DNA from: Paramoeba atlantica
Lineage: Eukaryota > Protista > Discosea
NCBI GenBank assembly: GCA_977017575.1
Contig: CDRNVI010000088.1
Location: 1 to 64,000 of the forward strand
DNA: 64,000 bases
Direction: 5' to 3'
Below, piece by piece: positions 11,094 to 20,662 of this stretch. The notes under the pieces are model-generated. The model saw only the letters and a list, made by a program, of their open reading frames with translations, was not told where the DNA came from and searched no databases. Within the stretch, counting starts at the first letter, position 1; the number at the start of each line of letters is the position of its first letter. Both the position numbers and the translations under genes were made by a program.

Positions 11094-14000
11094 CTACTGC
11101 TTCGTTTTTCGTGAAAACGATTTTCTCTTAGGTGAGTCTTCTACCTTGCGACCCACAATCTTGTGTAACTCCCTTGACCCTTTACGCTCTTCGCTCGCTT
11201 CCTTAACACATTCCGCTTCCTGGAGTGATTTTCGGTCTTTTGATGACCCTGTTCCGGTAGATGGTAAAAGCGAGGAACCCTTTTTGGGTGCACGTTCCTC
11301 TGCAGAAGTAGTGTATCCTCGTTTGTTAGATGCAATGGGTATTGTGCCGTCGTTTGCCGGGGTCTTTCGTGTCGGGCGAACGGAAAGACGCAAGTTTTTA
11401 GATTCACGTCGTTGAGAGTCCCGAGCACTCAATGTCTTCATCCTCTTTGTCAACTGAGAAGAAAGAGGTTTCCGTGAAGCAGCGAGAGCCAAAGCGTCAG
11501 CCTTGTCATTGTACGCATTTCCGTTGTGGGCCTTCACCTTACAAACGTAGATTTCAATATTATTGCTTTGAAGAATACGAATCTTTCGATCTAAAAATTC
11601 AAGAAGCTCACCATTCGCCACCTTCTTGTATCCTACTACTCGTTGCCGCATCCTTACGTGATGGAAAAAATTCCACACGTAAAAGGAATCAGTGTGCACC
11701 AACACAACTTCGGATCCCTCAGGTATTCTTTCAAGTGACTCTTTGAAGGATTCTGCCTCAGCTTGTTCTGCTGAGTCAACGTCCAGCCTCAAAGAAGCAT
11801 AATCATCATTCACCCACTTGCGCCTGATCACGATACCCGCCCCCCCTCTGCATTCATTTGTCGCCTTGATATAGCGTACCGAACCATCGGTGTACATGTG
11901 AACTTCCTTTTCCCGAACTGGAAAAATTTCTGAGTTTTCTTCTACAAATTGCAACTCACTAATTGATTCGTGTTTCAGAGCATGGTTATACTTACTCTTC
12001 CATCGCGAAGAGGTGATCCTCTCATAGTCGACCAACGGTTCCAGAGAAAGCCTGAGAGAGTCACATAACTTTTGCCAGTGTTGTCGGTCTTGAGAAAAAA
12101 CGAGGGCTTCTTCAACCGTTATCCCGAGATCATGAAAACATTCCTCGCTAGGAAACATTCGCCTAGCGTTCTCTCTACTTTTCCACTGAAGCAATTCTCG
12201 AAACACTGTTGAGTGACGAATCATGTGACCCACCACCTTTTCCCTGCTTACACGATGGATGGTGTTGAAGCGAGGTTTTCCACGATAGAGAGATTCTAGG
12301 GGATAACAATGACCGAATTCGTCTAGTTTGACATGATTGCAGGCAAATCGTCTCATCATGTTGATTTCAACCTCAGTTTTCCTGACCATAGCATTCGAGA
12401 TTGGTAGAGATGAAATTCCAAAAGTAAGAACAGGATATACCAAACAATCGAACAGGCGGAGCTTAGTGGAGGCGTCAAGGGGTGAGTTCCAAATTCCTTT
12501 GAGACGTCGAAAAGCGGCCCAGGTCAATGCCAATCTATCCTTAACTGGGGAGGAGGCACCGGATTCTTGAAGCTGCCCCAGATACCTGTATTTGTCAACA
12601 TATGGAATTTTGCCCAGGTAGGCCGTTCTGAGCTCCTTTTGTCCACCTGGAACTCTACCAAACCCCATCCATGCTGTTTTCGTCTTGCCTATGGCGATTT
12701 GCAAATTCGCTCTTTGAGACTCCTGAGCCGTGAGGTCAATCATGCGGGAGATCTCACCTTTAGTTGATGCCAATAGAGCGATATCATCAGCATAGTTGAT
12801 GTCTTGTAGCCGTACCTCTTGTAACCCTCTGCTCTTTGTCCCTTGGCTCCTAAGAAGAACCCCAAGGGGCCTGCCGTCCAATGCTCGGTGTAGAATGCGG
12901 TCAACGACAAGAATGAAGAGATAAGGTGCCAAAACGTCCCCTTGAAGAATACCAGTTGTGATTTGAAATGAATTCGTATTTCCATAGGGGGTCCGAACAA
13001 CACCATGAAGACCTCTGTATATAGACATTATGGTTCGCAGCATTGCAGGGCCAACGTGGAAAGCCTGAAGCGCAGCTGAAAAGAGACAGAGGGAAATGCT
13101 TTCGCAAAGTCCAGAAAAGCGACCACCAACCCAGACTTGTCTCGACATGCCCTGGTCTTCACCTCGTTAAGGAGTATTCTCGCGCCGGATGTAGAGCGTT
13201 CTGGGAGAAACCCATACTGACTGTCCCGCAGAATTGGTTCTATGGTCGGTCGAATTCGTTGCAATATCATGCAGTTCATCAACTTAACGATGCTATTAAC
13301 TAAGCATATTGGGCGCCAATTTGCTATTTGAGATAAGCCGCCCTTCTTCGGGATAGGGACTTGAACTACAGTCTTCCAGCATTCAGGGGCAACCCCCGTA
13401 CCTCATTAATAATATCAAGCATCGCTAGCTTAAGTCCACTATGCTCCGAAATAATGCTTATCACTTCAGCCGGTATTGCATCAATTCCTGGAGCTTTATT
13501 TCGTGCAAGTTTAGAAATTCCATGAATAAGCTCCTCTTCCGTAAATGCTCCATCTTGTATTGGAGTTGATGGTTTAACAACATCGTCGAACTGAATTTCA
13601 GAATCCCCTAAGTCGTTGCTACCCATCCTAGAGAAGAAATCTCGGACTACATTCAGAGTCTCTTTGGTAGATGAAGTGTCAGTGCAAAGCTTTGTCCTAT
13701 AAATGCCGCATAGTCTCCGCAAAGTTTGCCATGGATTCGATCTATTTGCTCTAAGGCCTGATTCTATCGCCTCACATTCGCGTGCAATTTGATCCTCGAC
13801 TTGCTTTCCGTGCACTTTCAAAACTTCCTTGAAATGCTCAGGTTGACGACTCTGTAGAAAAATCTGTCGGAAAGTAGAAGGGATACCAATATCCTGTGGC
13901 TCGCTGTCTGTCGTCGCGGCCTCTATTTTACTGCATTCCGAGGAATTGGCTTCTTTTTTTGATGATTCGTCGTGAAATGCCGGAGACTTCGTATTTCGGA

Positions 14001-15552
14001 GAATCTCTTTGCAAGTATGAACCATAACACCAGAGAGGTTTTCCCATGTAGGTATCGATTCCTTTTGTGTTTCTTCCCAGACTTTCTGTTTAAACTTCTC
14101 TCTGTTCTTTTCATCTCTTAGTTTAACCCATGGAACCCATTCAGACCCTGTTGGACGACCCACTCGCCATTTGATATCAATGTCTGCCAAAACAATGCAA
14201 TGCGTTGTAGGCACTGGCGCCTTAAGGACCTTATGCATGCGAATGCTGGACGAAAAACGGCCCCCTACAAGTATGTGGTCAAGTTGTCTTCTAACTCGTG
14301 AACCTTTCCTCTCCGCACCTTTCTCTGAAGAATAACTATTCATTTCTTTATTTTGAGTTGCTTGGCGTTTCTTTTCTGTATCCGATCGTATTTTTCTTTC
14401 GTGTATAGAAGTTGCTCGGTCTCCCCGAAGACAATTCGTGGATCTACAAGGAAGTTCGCATGTCCATTTCCGCCTGCTTGGGCAGAGCAAGTGGGCAGAT
14501 TTGCATCCTATGGCGCACTTAAGACCCTTAAGTTGTGCAGCAGCTGGGGGATCCATTTTTCGATTTACTATGTAGGTTAAAGGTGAATTAAAATCTCCCA
14601 AAACTAAAAGTGGCCTGCGCCTGAGCTTCGACTCAACTTCACTGCAAACTCTTTCCACATCGCCCAGAAAAGCCGCATGGGCGGCTTCAGAGGAGCCCCT
14701 AATGGGAGCATAGGCATTTAAAAGAGCGCCCTTCCCCTCATTGAGATTGATTCTTCTTACCTTCCGCACCCGCGAAAGAACCCGACGACTAACAATTCCC
14801 ATGCCATTATATGAATCCCCCACGTTCGCCGCCTGTAGGTATATGTGAAACGTGCATCCTAGGTTCTCAACTTTTCTGTAGAGCACGCCGTCCTCACAAG
14901 TATCATCAGAAAACTTAAACCTGGTCTCCTGGAGACACAGTAAGTCAACCCCCTTTTCTACCATAAAGGAGAGAATTTCACAAAAGCGTGTGCATCGTCG
15001 GATAGAAAACTCGTCTTCCCCCTCAAGTTTGAGCGTTGTCACGTTAAGTGTTCCTACGGTAGTACTTTCCTTCACAGCGGAACCTCTCGGGTTCTCCGAT
15101 TCTCGTTGGACACGCTTGCCACGCAATGTCCAGGGCTTGCGCGGGCGATGGGAAGCAATTCTTCGTTTCGCTTTTTTCGGGTTACAAACCTCCACTGCGC
15201 AAAGAACTACACTAGTGGAAGAAAAGGGGGGGAACGGCAGCGTTGCGTGAGGACGTTCTTCGTACCTCACACGAAATAAACCCGACAAAGACTCAGACTT
15301 AAGCCTTGCCAGGCATACATCTACAACCCTCCCGCTCCAAAGCGAGAGTTTACTACTAGTTTCGTGTCTCCACACGACACGGATAAAAGCACCCAATCGA
15401 GCGAACTTAAAAATTGCCCTCACCGCCCGCTGGCGGAGTTTAGCAAACTCTCTTCGCTCCGGAGAACGGAAGATAACTCCCCGAACACGCTTGGTTCGGC
15501 AGAAGGTTTCAAGAAGCTCTGTCCCCCCTGCCGCGCCGGAAGCATCCGCCAT
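11094..15552 (-). pseudogene. LINE polyprotein split by two frameshifts (~13395 and ~13085)
   Basis: APE motifs: TLNV, LCLQET, AYAP, LGDFNS, LDHILV. RT motifs: KAPGID, PIPKKG..NWRPICL, SQYGF, LDFAKAF, GILQGDVLAPYLF, YADD, YRYLG. RNase H motifs: YTDGS, AEQAEA, TDS, VKAHNGNAYNDKADALA. Confidence 0.9.
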
Positions 15553-15578
15553 TTTTTTATAAACGAATTTATAAAAAA

Positions 15579-15606
15579 CAACAAGGTACAGAAACTGTAT
15601 CTTTAT
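15579..15606 (-). other. Spliced-leader exon relic (3' 28 nt) 26 nt upstream of the LINE ATG
   Basis: The minus strand reads ATAAAGATACAGTTTCTGTACCTTGTTG. The core GATACAGTTTCTGTAC and the terminal TTG match the kinetoplastid SL exon. No GT intron follows. Confidence 0.85.
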
Positions 15607-16198
15607 CGTTAAAGATACAGTTTTATTTACTTTATTTTAAAGTACTTTACTTTCTATTTACTTTTTTATTTACTTTATTTTAAAGATACAGTATCTTTAT
15701 CGTTAAAGATACTCTTTATCGTTAAAGATACTCTACCTTCCTTAACCGCATGCGGCTGGTGGGTCAAGTGAGCGTTTGCCGTCTTTCGCGGAGTTGGCGC
15801 CCCAGGCGCAGAGAGCTCTGTGTTCATGCGCAGTTCCAGGTATAAGGGTACGTAATCACAATATTACGGTTCCGGGGGCAAGCCGGATGCAGAGAGCTGC
15901 GGCGGAGCCGAGGTACAGAGAGGTGGTCGCCCTACAGGCCCAAGGAGGCGGGCGGAGTACAAGACTCAAGGGCAGCCGCCTTGACGCATAGAGTAAGATG
16001 AAACTGAGGGCTCTGCAGCGTCAACCTTTAGAGTCTCAGCCAAAGACCCTCATTGCCCTCCAAGACAACAACCCTAAAAATCCAAAAACACCGGCTATTA
16101 AAGCCAGTTGAAAAAATGAAAACAACCTTTGCTTACGTTGTGCGAGTGTAGTTGGTGTAGCGGTGGGGGGGTAGCGGTGCGAGTGTAGTTGTTAGACG

Positions 16199-16660
16199 TT
16201 GCTCATCGCCCAGACAGGCAGCCAGTATTTTGTCACACGTGGAAATGACATACGATGCACTCTTTGCGACGTCATAGTGCCATGTAGAAGGTTATCACAC
16301 CTTTTGAATTTGAAAACTCACAAATCGAAATCTGCGACAGCAAAATTTCAGTCCAAAAATGAGAAGATCATCGCCCAGACAGGCAGCCAGTATTTTGTCA
16401 CACGTGGAAATGACATACGATGCACTCTTTGCGACGTCATAGTGCCATCTAGAAGGTTATCACACCATTTGAATTTGAAAAAGCACAAAGTGAAACCTTC
16501 GACACCAAATTCTGAGCCCACAAACGAGAAACTCATCGCCCAGACAGGCAGCCAGTGTTTTGTCACATGTGGAAATGATATACGGTGCACTCTTTGCGAC
16601 GTCGTAGTGCCATCTAGAAGGTTGTCTCAGCAACTAACTTTGGATAGGCATAGAAAATGC
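16199..16660 (+). repeat. Three 165-bp coding repeats, each a CxxC...H/H (U1/matrin-like) zinc finger
   Basis: IAQTGSQYFVTRGNDIRCTLCDVIVP.RRLSH.LNLK.HK occurs three times. Confidence 0.75.
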
Positions 16661-17036
16661 CTTGCTAGGGCACCAGGTTACTGTGATTTAGGTTTTTTCT
16701 TTGGGAATAAATCTGTTCCAATGGGTACAGAAAGTGGTCAATCTATGGAATTAATGGATAGCGAAAGTGAAGGCACCGAGGGCAACAACTTGGAACAAAA
16801 CGCTGAGAACAGCCCGAAAGAGGCAGTACTAAATTTTCTCAGGGAATCACCGCATTTTCCTCGTCGGTGGGATCAAATTATTGACCCTTGCTCAAACAAC
16901 AAGAAATCAGAAATATTGAGCGATTTTAAAAAACATAACGAAAATTTAGAGCCGTACGAATGTGGATCCTGTGGCATTTTGCAAGCGTCACACATAGCTT
17001 TGAAACTCATTGATTTGTCGTGTTGTAGTGTTTTTC

Positions 17037-17460
17037 GCGGTGCGAGCGTAGTTGTTAGACGGTGGGCCTTACAACCTGCAGGTTGTGGGTTCGATTCCCG
17101 CTATCGACAAAACTCGCAACCTGGCGGCCTCACTACAAAGGGAAAGCGACCAGGAGTGCCTTCAAGGCCCACACCCAACACCGCCCCCCTGGAGGACCGA
17201 CCCGGAACCGCCTCGCCGAACCAGGCTCCAGCGCAGCCGCTAAATTGCGAGCTGCTTACGCAAAGAAGGCTTGAGACACAGCCTACACGATGCAACGGGG
17301 TTGGACGCCCATCCTGGTAGCTACGGTTGGGTAGCCGTTCTCGGGCCGCGAGGCGTCGAGTGCCGTCTGGGAAGGGGGTAGCAAGACGATGAAGGTCGGT
17401 GACCTGAGACTCTACCCTAACGGTTGGCGCTGCAGAGCCCTCCGTCAAACAAAAAAAAAA
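17037..17460 (+). mobile_element. tRNA-like SINE with poly(A) tail and 9-10 bp TSD, inserted in the Helitron ORF
   Basis: TSD (A)GTGTTTTTC at 17027-17036 and 17460-17469. The tail is AAACAAAAAAAAAA and the B box is GGTTCGATTCC. Removing the insert restores the frame CSVFQAADF. Confidence 0.9.
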
Positions 17461-17688
17461 GTGTTTTTCAGGCTGCAGATTTTGAAAATAAAAGCATTAC
17501 ACATGTAGCGAAAGCATGTCAAAATTATCACCACGTGAATTCTGAGCTTCTTGAAGGCACGAAAATACCGGTTTGTGACATCTGCTTTGAACAAGCATCA
17601 AAAGGAAAGGTTCCGAAGTATTCATACAAGTCTGGTTGGGATTTTGGTCTTCCGTTATCTCGTCTTGATCTACCAAAATTAACTATCA

Positions 17689-20604
17689 TTGAAAGATCCT
17701 CCATTTGTCGGGTTTTACATTTCCAAACACTGTGAAGTTCGACACGAAAAGAGTTTTGCAGGCACGCGCTTCAAACGGCATATAATATCATTTGTTTCCT
17801 CAGGAGCAGAAACAGTGGCACAGGTTCTTCCTGTAACGGAGCAACGTGTGTTCGTTACGTTTGTTGGTGAAAACATCAAGGAAAAAGCTTTGATCAACCC
17901 TTCCTTTAGAGCATATTTTGAAGTACGCCCACACGTTGTGAAGAAATGGTTAATATTTCTGAAGAAAAATAATGTGTTTTATCATGATATCATCATATCC
18001 GACGTGAACATTGATAATCTGGCCTCTTCATGCCATGGTATTTTGAATTTAGCTTCGACTGTAAACAACCCCGCGTCGGTAGCCGCTTCCTTTCTCGCCC
18101 ATAACCAGGCGCAATCAAATACCGAAGCCGACGATGAAGATGTTTTGCTACTTAACAGTCACCGCGTAGAAGATCCGGGGCAAGCTTTGGTAGATGGTGT
18201 TACAGGTTTGCTTGAGAAAAAAGAACACGTTTCTTCTTGCAGAAGCCGAATAAAAATTTATGCTAATGCAGCCAATGAGTTTTCGGAAAACCATCTAATT
18301 CTTGGGATGGGGTATCCTGATCTTTTCCCCGTTCTTTCAAATGATTCAGCTAACTTACCTAAAACGCCCTTGACACCATCAGGTGGACTGAGGCATCTTC
18401 TTCTTCAATCTGATTCAAGATGGTGCAGAAGTAGCAATTTCGGTTACTTTCATTTTGACCAAATCAGACGACATTCACTTGCTAGAAATGTGAAGGCGAA
18501 ACCAAGCATGTGGGAAAGAGCAAGATCTTTATTGAAGCGAAAGAATTTATTGGAAAATTTGCGCGCAGCCTTAAAAGATCCACTTGACACGGAAGGTAAT
18601 AAACTCTTACATGAGTCAATGCAGGTTCTCCACATAATAACTCGGAACATTCATTTTTCAGATGCTTCACGCAATGCGTGTTTTAACGACATGGTTGCGA
18701 TGCATTCATTCATGGGATACGGCGCCCTGTATATTACAATATCTCCGTGCGACCCGGATATGAAACTAACATTGAAATATTTAGATAAATGCAGCACAGG
18801 CGTTACGGAAAGCATGCTTATTAAAAATCCTGATCTGAGAGTTCAAGAAGTTAAGAACCACCCTGCATATTGCGCAAACACGTTCAATTTAATGATCCAC
18901 GCTGTGATCAAGCAATTGTTTGGAATTCAACTTTCCAGTTCGTACAAAAAAAGTGGACAGCAACAATCGTTAGATACCTCTTTTAAAACCGAGACGCCAA
19001 ACGGTATTTTCAATTTTTCTAAAGGTCTTTTTGGTGTCGTGGAAACTCAAGGTCGCGGGAGCTTGCATATGCACATGCTTCTTTGGGGTATTCCAGTCTC
19101 AGATTATCTGTCTGAAAATCTTTCTAGTAAAGGTAAAAGAGAACAAATTTGCAATCTTGCATCGGATTACATGACGGTTAGTGTGCCTCGTGAGGGTTTT
19201 GAGCACGACGTATTAAACAAAGTACGGGTGGGTCTTCAGAATTGTCCCAGCTTCGAAGACACTTCAGGAATGCTTTTGAGAGAGTTCTTAGTTGCTTCCA
19301 CGGTCCAAAATCATATCTGCACAGAAATGTGTTTTAAAAATCGTCAGTTTTTGCCCCTAAAGTGCAGGTACGCATACCCACGCCAGCCGTTTCAAGGCGG
19401 CAACTTGTATCTGTTAGAATGCGCGGATGGTGACTTTAAAAATATCAAAGCTTCCCTGCTAACCGACGCCAACTTGCCAAGTCTGCCAAATATATCCAAA
19501 ACATTCTTTAATTATCCTTCATTAGACCTCCGACCTATTGCATACTTTCCAAAAAGAAGCGAGAAAGATGTAAACATTGCCGAATATAACAGCCTGTTGT
19601 CCTGCGCACTCGGTTGCAATACAAATGTCGTACTTCTTGCTTCGCCGTGCACTGCAGCTATTACTATTTTTTACTTGTTCAAATACTTGTCAAAGAATCT
19701 TCTGGACGTGAGTGGTTGTTTAGGAGTAATCCATACAGCGAAAGAGAAAGAAAAATATGAAGGAAAGGGGGGGGACACCAACGCTGCCGATATTCTTATG
19801 TGCAATAGGCTAGGGAATGCTCAACTTGGAATACAAGAAGTATCATCACAGCTTGCGATGTATTGCTGTTTGGGGTATAGTGCGGAAGAACGCAGCCATT
19901 TGACCCCATACTTGAATGTTCAACAAGCGATTCAGCTAATGACGCGCGGTGCTAAAGAAAAACCAGTCAATGATAACGTCGAGCCAGAGGAATCCGATAA
20001 TGAGGATTACGAAGAAGTGGCCTTCGAAGTATTTCTAAATGACGACGGCTCCCCTGAATTATGTAGCAAAGCAACGGATTACTACTATAGAGGGCCTGAA
20101 CTTGCATTCTTGAATTTATATATCTATGCAGCAATAATTGTTCGAGTTCGTGCAGCAAGGGTTAAAACTAAAAGAACACGCGGAAGGCATAAAAACGCTT
20201 GTTTTTCGTTTATGAAGAATCATCCCTTAGCTACCAGTTTTGTTCAACAAATTCGAAGCAAGTTTGTTTTACCTTCTCCTGGATATACATGTATACCTCA
20301 TTGGTCACAACATTCGTACTCCATCGAAAATTCAACCTCTGGATTTTTACGACGTGCAAAATATCACGCAAAGTATTTTTCTGCACTGTTCTGTCCCTTT
20401 TCGGAAGACGTCGAAATCGGTTATGACATAGAAAGTTGGAAAACGTATTTGAAAACACTTAAAAAATATTCGCAACCTGATGAAGCATTGGCTGGTCTTC
20501 CATCGGAGGTTTACGCAACGCTTTTGAAAATTATTAATAATATGCGAATTGGGGTACAAGACAGTGCTTTTGAAGAGCCCAGAAATCTAATAAATCGATT
20601 TTAA
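17689..20604 (+). pseudogene. Helitron Rep (HUH endonuclease) segment
   Basis: Helitron-type motifs YFEVRPHVVKKWLIFLK, YPDLFP, HLLLQSD, ETQGRGSLHMH, VQNH, CRYAYP, EYN..L..ALGCNTNV, YLFKY. Confidence 0.88.
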
Positions 20605-20662
20605 AGCTACTGAATTTAGCGAATGGTGCAATAAAATCGATAAAACAACTGTTGGAAACGTC

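Larger units (their letters stand above)
11056..15730 (-). mobile_element. Non-LTR retrotransposon (APE-RT-RNase H, RTE/ingi-like), flanked by a 14-bp TSD
   Basis: Direct repeat CTCTACCTTCCTTA at 11042-11055 and 15731-15744. APE, RT and RNase H motifs are present. The 3' end is a stem-loop plus ATAGGATAGGA tail. Confidence 0.92.

Noticed and set aside
15553-15760. Pr77/HDV-like ribozyme at the LINE 5' end, or a hammerhead in the SL element
   Set aside because: No Pr77-like sequence and no CUGAnGA/GAAA core were seen. A covariance search would be needed to exclude divergent forms.
17037-17110. Functional tRNA genes (here and in the array modules)
   Set aside because: Acceptor, D and anticodon stems are incomplete; only the promoter boxes and T-arm are retained.
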